Shown one piece after another: positions 47,501 through 60,124 of a stretch of DNA of 64,000 nucleotides. Under the pieces are notes generated by a model, which did no database searches, was not told the DNA's origin, and saw nothing but the letters and a program-made list of their open reading frames with translations. How positions within the stretch are numbered: position 1 is the stretch's first letter; every line of letters begins with the position of its first letter. Position numbers and translations under genes: made by a program. The DNA is from Azolla caroliniana (Eukaryota > Plantae > Polypodiophyta), in the NCBI GenBank assembly GCA_043228905.1, contig JBHGNT010000003.1:496001-560000 (forward strand), written 5' to 3'.

Positions 47501-49639
47501 ACTCATGCAAATTTGATGTCGCGGAAATTAACTACGAGATACATGACAAGAAGTTATTAGCCATCGTGGATTCTTTTGTGCAATGGCGGCACTTCTTAGA
47601 GGGCTCTCCTCATCAGGTCATCGGCTTCAGTGATCACAAAAATCTTGCTTACTTCCAGAACGCTCGTGTACTAAATTGACGACAAGGTCGGTGGACCCAA
47701 TTTCTCACACGTTTTGACTTCAAAATCACATGTCGGCCGGGGAAACAACAAGGAAAAGCAGATGCACAATCACGACGTTCATATCTTGCACCTCGTTCGG
47801 GTGATCCAACATTTGATAATCAAAATCAGGTAATCTTGGAACCAACACATTTGCACACAACGCGGATTTTTCACACTCCAATGGATTCCCGGATTATCGA
47901 TGCCATACGTGCCAACTTGAAGACGAATAGTTTTGCTCAAGCCATTCTAGTGCAAATTGATACCTCTTGGGCATCCTGTTCCCAGTCTCAACAACCAGGT
48001 ATGGACTACCAACAATTCAAATGTCATGATGGTTTATTATTCTTTAAAAAGTTCGTGTATGTTCCCGATTTCTCCTGTCGCCTTCAAATTGTCCAAATTT
48101 GTCACGACACCCATACAACTGGACATTTCGATAGTACTAAAACGTTGGATCTAGTTCGACGATCCTTTTGGTGGCCCCATATGCGACGTTTTGCCGACGA
48201 CTATGTTCGGACTTGTGATGCTTGTTGCCAAGCAAAGATGTCACGACATCATCCACATGGCTTGTTGGAATCCTTACCAATTCCAAGTAAGTAGTGGCAG
48301 TCCATTTGTCTTGATTTTATCACAAATCTTCCAGTCTCAAAGGGTTTCGATGCTATCTTAATCATCGTCGATCGATATACTAAGATGGCACATTTTGTGC
48401 CTTGTACTAAGGCCATCACTAGTGAGGAAACCACAACCCTTGTCATGCGTGAGGTATTTCGGCATCATGGCCTCCTAGACAATATCATCAGTGACCGAGG
48501 ACCTCAATTCGTCTCTAAATTTTCGAAGCATCTCTTCAAGATGCTCAAGGTCTCTTGCAACCTCTCCTCCGGCTACCATCCCCAAACCGATGGGCAAGCG
48601 GAACGAACGAATCAAACGCTGGAACAATATTTTCGGTGTTTTCTGAGTTATCAACAGGACGATTGGGCTGATATTCTCCACTTTGCGGAGTTTGCGTATA
48701 ACAATGCTATTCACGCCTCGACTCGCATCTCGCCATTTTACGCTTATACCGGTTCTCATCCTCGTTGGTCTATGATCGACACTCCGGAGCTACCTACCAA
48801 TCCTCGTGTTGAGGATTATCTGGAGAGGCTACGCAAGATTCAAACGAATCTATCTACTCATCTTCGTCATGCTCAACACAGTCAGAAGACTTATGCAGAT
48901 CGTCATTGGCTTCCGTCCTCGTTTGCCATCGGAGATCGAGTATGGCTCTTACGTCGTCACATCAAGACAACACGACCATGCGACAAATTGGATTATCGAC
49001 GACTCAGTCCTTTCCGTATTATGGGCAAGATTAATGATGTCACGTTTCGCCTTGATCTTCCTCCGCACCTTCAGATACATCCGGTCTTCCATAGTTCTCT
49101 TCTCGAATGCTCAAGATCTTCTTGTTGATTTCCACCAAAAGTATCCGGACAAACCCAGTCCACAATCAGTGTTGACTCATGACACTCGTCATCTTAAGGG
49201 GGGCATAGAGTCATGATATGGCAAAACTTGAACCCATAATCTTATGTTATATGGGTCGAGCTCTTGGCCATTACATTATCTATTGTAATACGTAGGATAT
49301 TATTTTCATTTAAGTTTTACTATAGAAAATTATTGTATATTCCAGATTTCTCTGGAACATTCTAGAAGCTTTAGGACTATTCCTGAGAACACTATAAAAA
49401 GAGGCACACGGCATTATTTCGAACCAAATTGGTTCAACACCAGTCTTAAGCCTCATATCTATTTTTTACTTACTCTTCACATAATATATCATCTATTACC
49501 ATCATCCTCTCTCTCTCTCTCTCTCTCTCGCCTTCGTTATCTCTCTCTCGTGAGTCTTACACAATCTGTCCTCTTAATACTAATAGTACTTCCCTTCTCT
49601 AGTACTAATTCTCTCTCTGTTTTAGTACTATTCCTGACA
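44214..49639 (+). mobile_element. Degenerate Ty3/gypsy chromovirus (Tcn1-like), chromodomain mostly deleted
   Basis: LTRs 44214-44619 and 49209-49639 (roughly 8% diverged by eye). TSD CCATC at 44209-44213 and 49640-49644. PPT AAGGGGGGCAT. Gag (GSALAWF, CLYCGGLGHITINC), PR (ALLDS*A), RT (KIDLRGAYN, IYLDD), RH (ETDASD, SDHKNL), INT (ISDRGPQF, HPQTDGQAER, IHPVFHSSLL). Many stops and frameshifts. Confidence 0.93.
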
Positions 49640-49890
49640 CCATCTCAACGAAGTTGCTCTACATTTGGTACAATAGAAACCACGACATGAACATGAGTAA
49701 GAGAATCAACATCCGCGACAAAATCAGTACGGACAACGTTTGTGTCCACATCTATAACAACGTGACATTTTTCAATGCCATGAACCACATTCCACAACCC
49801 TTCTGCTACTAATACATGGCGCATCATACAAGCCCAAAGAGGGTAATTTGTTCCATCAAATACACATAATTGCTCTTAGCCATGGCTATT
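49640..49890 (-). pseudogene. Old copia gag remnant (N-terminal part)
   Basis: FDGTNYPLWACMMRHVLVAEGLWNVVHG is a typical copia gag N-terminus. It is interrupted by the Tcn1-like element. Confidence 0.75.
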
Positions 49891-51189
49891 GACTGAACAC
49901 ATTTTGATGCAAAAAATGGATCATCATTGCTAAATGAATAAAAAGAAATAACGTACCTCCTTGATTTAGAAGATGAACCAATGAAGAGAAAAGTAAGCAA
50001 ATCTAGTCTCTCTGCAGCAACATAGAAGAGGGTTGTAGGAAGATCGTGGAAGACTCAAGGAGGTTTGTAATAGGATCGGATCGAATTGAAGTAGAAAAAC
50101 ACAACTGAAACTACGCACAGAGGAAGAAAACGCACTCGCCACCACAGACGACGCACATGAACTACGGATGGGAGCCATTGACTTGTGAACACTTTACTAC
50201 AAGACAACGAAAAATTATTGAGCACTTTCAAGAACCATTTCCTTACACCAACCTTCAACCCTATGTTTCACTTTGAAATTATGTTTGCATCCAACAATGA
50301 AAACACTAGTATCAAGGATAACCCCAACAACAAAGAAATTGCTACATTTCCCTTTTCAACTAGTCAACCCCCTTCATGCACATGAACCATCTATTTAAGA
50401 ATTAAAATCACTCATCCTTTTGTCTCTATGATCGACTCGTCTCAGTTGTTGCATGTCATCAATTGCTTGCACACGCATTCTTTGAGTCCTCCTTGACCAA
50501 CAAGGTTAAGCTTTCTTACTGTTGGTGATCATTGTTTCTCCTAGGGGTAAAATGCGAATTGTTTGTTGATCATTCAACCTTCAAATCCTTGAAAGGCCAA
50601 CTGCTAGAAAAAGATAATCAATTTAATATTCGAGGGTTACACTAGAATGCAAGATATCGAGTAGAGGTTGAATGGCTCCTTGAGGATTTTTCTCCATGAA
50701 GCCCTATGCTTAAACCTATTATCGTGCTTCTCACAACGATACTTGAGATTCACTAGATCATAACCACACTCTTGAGTCAAATTGAGTGCTCAAACCCCAA
50801 TACACTAATTACATATATAGAATGGATATGTTCAAACTCAAGTCGACGTTGCTTATCAACAACAATAAAAAGAAAACATTGCCATGACATGAAAAAACAT
50901 ACAAAGGATGGTTGAGAGTACTAGACTTGAGCCAAAGCAAAGGTATTTGGAAACTTGGATAAACAAACACTTCAAACACTCTTAACCCCCAATTACAATA
51001 ATGTAAATATAGATCTTAGCATGTTAGGCAATGATAGCGGTTCTATCCATGGAAAGAGAGATGGACCTTTGGTCAAACCAACTATTTAGTGTGCTAGATT
51101 GGAAGTTATGCTAGTTGAATTAAGAATCTTAATCAAGGAAAGGGCCTAAGTAAGACAATTATACCTCGTGTGGATTCTATAAAATGTGA

Positions 51190-51500
51190 GATGACTAATC
51201 AAACTTCTATGAATTCTCTTAATAGTGAAGATTTGTTACGAAGTATGAGTGCACTAGGAACGATTGACTGTCACCCTTAGAAGAGGGAGAAATAGATTTT
51301 GAACAATGAAGTACATTTCGTTTAATGTTTCCTTATTTAATACCTCCTTGTAAGTGTGGAGTGTGGGATGACTAATCAAACTTCTATGAATTCTCTTAGT
51401 AGTGAAGATTCGCTACCGAGTATGAGTAGGCTAGGAACAATTAACCGCCACTCTTAGAAAAGGGAGAAATACTTTGAACAATGAAGTACATTTCATTTAA
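51190..51500. repeat. Diverged tandem duplication (~177-bp period)
   Basis: GATGACTAATCAAACTTCTATGAATTCTCTTA...TGAACAATGAAGTACATTTC at ~51190 and ~51367. Confidence 0.75.
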
Positions 51501-54173
51501 GGTTTAATGGTTAACACCCTTGCTTATCTATCTTGCGAACAATAGGGTGTTTGCCCACGCTAACTCCATCATAAGGGACCAATGAGGAGTATTTCTGTTG
51601 TACATTAAGTAGCTAGGACCAACCTTTTTATGTAGCACGAATATAAACAATGCACACTTAAAATTGCTTTAAATGGAGATTGCATAAGAAGAAAGGGACT
51701 TGTGCACAATCAAAGAACCCACTTCCAAGTGTGAAAAAGTGTCCAACAAACCATGTGGTCTAGCACTAAGTTCAACGATTACCTTGAAAGAACAAGATTC
51801 CATCTTCATGAAGAAAGTGCTCGAGTGGACTAAATAAGAAGATGAGAGTGATGATTATACTAGTTGGGATACAATTTAAGTTAGTGACCAAGGTGAGGTT
51901 GGCTCATGCGGTAATAGATACACTATAATTTTGTTGTCCTCAATAAGAAACAAGTTATAAACTTTTTGACTTAAATTTATACGAATGATGTGCTCATGTT
52001 TGTAGGCCATTTTGTGTTATGGTCTTTAGGACGGAATATTGATATTATGATTGATTGTATATGCTTTTGCTAAATAATGTCCATTTAATAATAGTTTTCT
52101 TCAGTGTTTTCTAGAAAACTAAATATGGATGCACAATGTTTGGTTTGCAAGCCAAAAAGCATATGTTATATTTTATGGATTTTAGGAGTATTTTCAATGT
52201 TTAATTGCCAACAAAATGTAATCCGTTCAAGATTCAAATGTGTTACATTGGAAAGATAGATGTATACATACATAAGACATATAGATTAGCCATAATAAAA
52301 GGAAATTATAAATGTGGGTATAGTCTTGGATCTACATATTGGTTAAAAAAGGTTAACAAGCTTATAGAGAAACTCTTACCAAAAGCTTATTTACATAGTC
52401 TTATGACGACATCAACTTGGACCTACCCTTTCATGTTACACATAGGTAGTTTAAATGCAGATACGATGTTAATGAAACCACAAAAGATATGAGTTTGCAC
52501 GATGTGTTGATAAAGATCGGAATACGGGAGATTGAAAAGCTTCATGAAGTAGAATTCATTAAAGCAACGAAGGCATAACCTAGTTGTCACCCATTGTGGT
52601 AGTTTCAAGGACATATAGGTTGTTTGATCAAACTAACATCGAGATTTCTTTTTGCTCCAATAATCCAACAACATAGTCAATAGAATAGTACAAAATATAC
52701 TTTTGATTTGACGATATACTGGATCGACCAATGTGAAAGACTCATGTAAGGGAAAAGGTAATCCAATTGTATGAGTGTGACATGGGATGGCCCTAGGCTA
52801 GCATTCTTTTTAGTTCATAAGGGTCAATGTATGGTTCAAGCCCCCCCCCCATATATGCGTAGATTACCCCTACGCTAGCGAATGGCCATCTACATCTACG
52901 TTTGGGGGTCAGGGGGGTTGCTATATATTGGATTGTTGGTGAAAACTTGACATATTCGTCTCGTGTATAAATTGGCTATGTAGATTCAATGTGCACGCAT
53001 GGACGGCTGCATAATAGATCCCAAGGGACAACATAGAGGCAATATCAACAACACATGAATTGACGATAATATTAATCTAGTTTTTAAGATATAATTGCGG
53101 AAAATTGGGTGCCCTTCATTATGCATGATTTTTGCTTCATGTTCGTCATCGATATTTCAATCTTAAATATGTTTAAATCCTGTTTTGGCAAATGTGGCGA
53201 AGTAGGAGTCTATGTCGATATAATCCATGTCAAAGGTCTCATATGAAGTGTCTAATGGTATGCATATTTGTCACATTGTCAATAATGGTAGGATTGCCAA
53301 ATTATTTGCACTCTCATTTATTCCAGTAAGGTAAAGATACGCGTCTACATTTTATAGTTGGATGTTGATGTGAGATGGATCTTTGGTGCAACTACATGCA
53401 GTAAAATTTATTGTTGTACGTGTTTTTTGGTGCTACAATGTTGAGTAAACTTTACTGTAGGCTTCAAGGATAACAATAGTTGTGTGGAGGGTCCAAGCCT
53501 CAAGGCCACCTAATTCATTTTATAAATACTACCCATGATCCACATCACTATCTTTAGATGTCAAGCTCCTCGTCGTCATTCAAGGTAGATTATTGCAATG
53601 CGGGGCTACAAGTAATAAGTGCTAACGAAACATATATTGGCGACACATCTAATGAGCGTGAAATGCGGCGTTTACAAAAATACGTGGAATTTCCGTCATC
53701 GTCATCTTGGCGCTCTATTAATCTATTAAGGTGCAGCATCATTCTCGAAGGCTCCAACGCAATCATTGCTTGAGGGTAAATTATTCAGACGAAGCACGAT
53801 GTTGTGGTTATTAATTATTTTGAAACACTAACTAATTGAAGCATAATTTTGGCAAAACCGAAACCGTAAACGTCAAATGTGAAAAGAAAAAAAGGACAAC
53901 GACAAAGGTGCTCTTGCATATACTCATAAATTAAGGGGTTAGGGGAGGGAGTGAGTGAGTGTGTTCACATCGGTGCGTAGTATCACAACTACATTAGCGC
54001 AATAAAAAATAAGAGAAAGGAAGAGTATTATGTAGGCAGCACACATTCTTTTTTAAACGGTAGGGCATACGCACATCGGGTTAGGAGGAAGTGCATGAGT
54101 GGTGTGCGTTTTTTCCGGAAAGTGTCGTGTGGGATAGGACGAGGAAGGGGGGGGGGAGGTGGGGGCCCGGGGA

Positions 54174-54220
<47 letters not shown>

Positions 54221-55007
54221 ATAAAGAATGGGAAGGATTTAGAAGGAGGGAGGTGTGTGAGTGAGTGAGTATGAGTATGTGTGGTTGGCCAACAACCAGT
54301 GGGTAGGGTAGGCCGGAGGACATTTAGCTTATATAAAGACGGAGGGGAGGGAAGAAGGCCCCCCCCATTGTCGATAGGAACCAAATTCCAAGGTGTGGGG
54401 AGGGGACCACACTTTACGTGGGTCATGGTCCACTCTACAAGCACACACACACACACACACACACACACAGATGGTAGACAGACAGATATACACAGTCAGA
54501 CACACACAAGAACAGAGAGAGAGATAGAGAGAGAACTCAGAAGGTGTGGATTGAGAAGGAATATACGTGAGAGAGCCTAGCTAGAGAGAGAAAGTGTATG
54601 TGTGTGTGTGTGTGTTGTGTATGTGTATTATATATACCGAGAAAGATCATCATTTTTTTCTCCACACATGTACATACATATACATATATTATATATATGC
54701 GTATGCATCTCAAGTGAGGAGCCATAGGTTGAAAGCCCCTGCTAAGAGTGACTGACTGACTGGCTGTCAGACAGACAGACAGACAGAGAACAACAGGGTA
54801 GGGAAGAGGGAGAAAAGAGGTGAGATCAATTATAGTGGACAGACCCTTGCCATATTCATTGCTGCCATCTCTAGCAAGCAAGCAGCACACAAACTCCTCT
54901 AAGATTGCTTCCTCCTCCTCACATATACTCATCATCTCATTCATTCATTTGCCAATTTTGACCTACCCAACTTGAACAAACGCGAACTCGAAACTCGGGG
55001 GGTTAAT

Positions 55008-58000
55008 ATGGCCTTCTTCGCATCATTGCGAGCCTCGCGCTCCTCGGCCACCCATCAATTCCGGACAGTCTTCGAATGCCGCACGAGTGATGATGGGAAC
55101 TTCTTGTCCAATCGCAATAACAACAACAATGATGATGATGATGATGATGATTCAGGAGCAATTCCACGGGAGAAGCAAACCATCGTGTCGGACCTCGATG
55201 GCACATTGCTCCGAAGCCCCACCTCCTTCCCTTACTTCATGCTAATGGCATTCGAATCCCCATTCGGCCTCCTCCGCTTCACCCTCCTCCTCCTCTTGTC
55301 CCCACTAGCATGGCTCATCTACCAATTCGCATCCGAGGCAGCCGCCATTAATCTCCTCATCTTCGTGACATTCGTGGGTGTGCGGGAGTCAGACATCGTG
55401 TCAGCTGCGCGCGCCGTCCTGCCCAAGTTCTATGTCCAAGACGTCCACCCCGATGCGTGGCGCGTGTTCTCATCCACATTCGGCCGGCGCCTTGTGTTGA
55501 CCGCGAACCCCCGTGTGATGGTCGAGCCGTTCGCTTTGCAATACCTAGGGGCGGACGCGGTTGTGGGGACCGAGCTTCACTTTTTCCCTGGGAAGGCGAG
55601 GAGAGCATCGGGCCTCGTGTTGCATCCCGGGGTTACGGTTGGACCGGTCAAGGCATACGCATTGAAGCAATATCTCGGGGACATTTCACCCGATGTCGGA
55701 CTTGGAGATAACACAAGCGACCACCCGTTCCTCCGCCAATGCAAGGTATCAATCTATGTATCTATCTATGTAGTTCTCAATGCATTTGGCAATCCTCCTA
55801 CACTCTTCTTGTTCACATAGTATGGCCTTACTCTTCTGTTTTTTTTCTTTCCACACTCTTATACTTCACATACATTGTTGTTTTTAACGCACATTTTGTT
55901 CACATAGTATATGTGTGTTCATTGATTAAATTTGAGTTTGCCCCTCACTTTTCTATTGTTTCTCTTCTTCGTTTGGCCTTTTACTTACTCTTCACAAATT
56001 ATGGTGATCACTATGGCCTCTAAGATTAGAAGTGGGGGGGGGGGGGGGGGGGGAACACGTAGGTCTGCCTTTCTGGCTTATGCAACTAGGGTTTAAGAAT
56101 GACCTAGTCATGATCGATTACTTGATGGTGTCTATTGTTGTTGGTGGTACTTGATATCAACAATTCTCTCTAAAGTTGTGTAGTCTTGACTTGTCCTTGG
56201 ATCAATTTTTATCTCCCAAATATAATTAATCCTAAACTCATGGGAACAATATTTATCAACAAACAATATTATTTTTATGTCTTCAAAAAAAGTCACACAA
56301 CATTCCTCCCTTTCACTGGGTTTATTATAGTGGACATGTTTTCCAAGGCAATGCTACAACACCATTGATGTTGATTGTAACACTACAAGGTAGCCAATAC
56401 GAATCAAGAAATGTAACGAGGCAATGTTGATGCCATACTTGATTTGGTGGTGGTTGCTAATGACACGAATCGAGAATTCTAAGGAAGCAATGTTATCCCT
56501 GTACCAAACCCAGCTTGATTCATTAATTGTTGATGGCATTAAGAACATCAATATGTTTCTAATAGTAGATAAACTACAAAAATATCTTGTGGACACATAT
56601 TAAAGGAAATCATCTAAAGGGTATGCTTTTAACACCTAGTTTCCTTGTTTAATTATGTATGTCAATGCTCTCCATAAATCATCCATATTATTCATCGTTT
56701 GATGTGTCATCTTGCATATTATTCATTCTACCGCCTCTTCAATGTTAGTCCAATACTGATCCATTTATTGGTAATCCATCACTCGAACTACTACTTTGTG
56801 GTCAATCATCCAGCCATTTCTCATTGGGTTCAACAATATATCCACACATGTTAATTTTGTAGAGATAGCAATCATTTGTCCCAAGATTTCAATGTGAACC
56901 GTTAGCATTATGAGTTATCTCTTTTCATCTTCTTCATTTTTCTCTTCATTCACAAAAATGTATGTCCTGATCAAAGTCCCTTTTCGCACCTTTGAGTCCC
57001 CACCATCCCACCCTTAATTGCTACACCCACCCTTGCCATACATAACCTTACTCAATTTATTGTACCAACAAATATGTTGATCTTTTTGGCATTAATTGGC
57101 TTTTATTAAAAAAACTTTCCAAAGTTAGCTCCACCCAATTATATAGATGGATGGTTATACCAAATATTTTTCTTTTGATTTTAATTGGTAGATGGATCCA
57201 AATATTCCTTCATTTATGGAGCTACTTTTGGAATCATCATTCGTACTCACTACCTAGTCAAAATGATATATTATGGGAAATAGTATACAACTATGTCATG
57301 ACTCATGAAACAATCCAAATTAAACAAATGAATTTGACACCCGGGTCCCCCCCCCCCCCCCCCCCCATCCTCATGAAGTATCAAAATATCTCATTCCACA
57401 TGATTCGTTGTCTTATTAGTGTGTTGTTTACATGTTGCAGGAGGGATACATCGTTCCTCGACTTCCTAAAGTTGATGCCCTACCCCCATCGAAGCTTCCT
57501 AAAACTCTTATATTTCATGATGGTCGATTAGTTAAGAAGCCGACGGCTTTGTGGGCATTGTTGACACTTATATGGCTTCCCATGGGCTTCCTTTTGGCAA
57601 TAATAAGAATGGCAACTGGCATTCTCCTTCCAATGAGCATAGTGTACTATGGCTTTTGGATCTTGGGAGTGAGGGTAGTTGTGAAAGGCATACCACCTAT
57701 TTCCATAAAGGACGGAAGTAAACATGGCGTATTATTCGTTTGCACGCATAGGACATTGCTTGACCCTATATTTGTCTCATGTGCAGTAAAGAGACCTGTT
57801 AGTGCTTTAACTTACTCATTGTCTCGACTTTCTGAGATTCTATCACCAATACCGACAGTGAGATTATCACGAAATAGGGAGAAGGATTCATCTAATATTT
57901 GTAAGTTGTTAAAGCAAGGAGATTTGGTGATATGTCCAGAAGGGACAACATGTAGGGAACCTTTTCTACTAAGGTTTAGTGCATTATTTGCCGAGCTAAC

Positions 58001-58319
58001 GGATTACATAATCCCGGTGGCTACCAATTGCCACATGGGAATGTTTAATGCTACATCAGCACGAGGATGGAAAGCATTAGATAGCTTTTGCTTCTTTATG
58101 AACCCAAGCCCTGTTTATGAGATCACATTCCTCAATGAGTTACCCCCAGAGCTCACATGTGGTGGAGGAAAATCATCTTATGAGGTTGCCAACTATATCC
58201 AACGAACGCTTGCAGCCACCCTCAACTTTGAATGCACGAACTTTACACGTAAGGATAAGTATTTAGCTCTTGCGGGCCATGATGGAAATGTTTCAAGTGG
58301 CAAAAGAGTCCATAAATAA
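55008..58319 (+). CDS. GPAT6: sn-2 glycerol-3-phosphate acyltransferase, GPAT4/6/8 clade (acyltransferase plus HAD phosphatase)
   Basis: Exons 55008-55745 and 57441-58319 (CK|EGY, GT-AG). HAD motifs DLDGTLL and GLGDNTSD; acyltransferase motifs HRTLLD and CPEGTT; C-terminal [14 protein letters not shown]. Confidence 0.93.
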
Positions 58320-60063
58320 GTATACACCATGTATGAATTCCAATGTAATATCATTACAAGCTAATTATTTTTCAATTCTTCATAATTTTGTTTATCTTCG
58401 AGTAAAACTCTAGGTCCCAACGTAATTTGATGCTTTATTGAATTGCATTGCTCAACCATTCTGCATGATGGCATTACTAGGATTCTTGAAAAACAATGTC
58501 TATACATTGGAACCATAATGATATGGTTCAAGTATGTTGAAAATTTTGTACATCCACATAAGAAATGTTGGCCTCTATTGTTGACAAGAGGTGAATGTCA
58601 ATATTCGAAATCTATTTTGTAGGATCGATTCTCGAATTGGCAGTGTGTGCTCTCAAACTAGTATTAAGAAGAATTTTTTAAAATAAGTTTAGAATTGACA
58701 CATTAATGTCTTGTTTACCCCTATAGTGATGTGCTTTTGAAATGCGAGAATTCCACAATAAATTAATGGAATGACTCAATGAGTCTATAAGCAATCGTTT
58801 GTAGGGGCACATACAACTTCTAATGTTGTTTGTGTTTAATCACATGTAATGTCTTGTTTAATGTTCACTTTTGATTGGTTAGATATCACAATAATGATTG
58901 GTCAAATATCATAATAATTATCTTAATATAGCGGTATTGCTTGTGTATTGTGCTTTAGTGCATGATGCTTTGTTTAATATAGTAGTTCAATGAACTTTGC
59001 ACTTCTTATCTTAATGTTTACGAAGCATGCCTATTTGAAATTAATGTTTTTTTATCATGGGCAAATTTGCATAATCTATAAGGCTTAAAATCTCTACCAT
59101 TACTTACATCCCCAATCAATATATGACATTGAGATTTCTTGCATCATTTTTTTGTAAATCCTTTTATAGTTGTTCATACATGAAACCACTATATGAAGCT
59201 TGCAAAACACTAGTGTTACCATTTATACGATGTTTAAAGGCAATGATTTCATGTTTCCCTTTCCTCATTTTGTCGTATTGCAAATCATAATGGCTTGTAA
59301 GTTGCTCTAAAAGTTTTGTTTAAAACATTAATTAGTAGTAAAACATTGGTGTGAAGTAAAAATATGGGAATCAAGAAAATGGGAGAACGATTTAAGTGTA
59401 AGTGTACGCATTATAAATAGACATTTCTAAAGATTCATAAAGAGGACAAAAATTACAATTGGATTATTTCATGAAAGATGCCTACTTCAATATGGCATTA
59501 AAATTGTTATCTGCTGCCATTATCTGCTTGTATTTTGCATTTTCTTTTCAACTTCCATAGGTCGCACATGCCTTTGATACTTACTGACCTTTGATACTTT
59601 AAATTTGGTTGATGAGTGGTTTGGTTATGGAATGTAATGTTCTTTTACAAAGGCATTCAAATAGTTCCCCACATTGCATTTCTCTTAGCGTTGATGACAG
59701 ATATGGAGTTTATTTATATTGGTCTTGATACCAATCATTACCCACTCCACTTGAGCAATACATGTGCCATTATAAAACATAGGAAAAAATATAGCAAGCA
59801 TTATACCCATCTCTCTCTAAGAATGCAACTTTATCTTTACGATATGATTAGGTGTGAATTTGTAAATCCTAGAGAGAGAATTTCATTAATCATGGTGAGG
59901 TTTTCATTAAGTGGCCACGGTGTTTTCATAATAAACATTAGGTCTTGTAACATACATTAAAGATTACAATTTATTTCACCATCAATAATACTAGATCGTC
60001 TCGTATTGCTAGAAATACATATATGAAATTACGACTAGCATGTCAATCACACTTAACATATAC

Positions 60064-60066
<3 letters not shown>

Positions 60067-60120
<54 letters not shown>
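60067..60120. repeat. (GT)n microsatellite
   Basis: About 27 uninterrupted TG units. Many other (GA)n and (CA)n tracts occur in the window. Confidence 0.9.
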
Positions 60121-60124
<4 letters not shown>

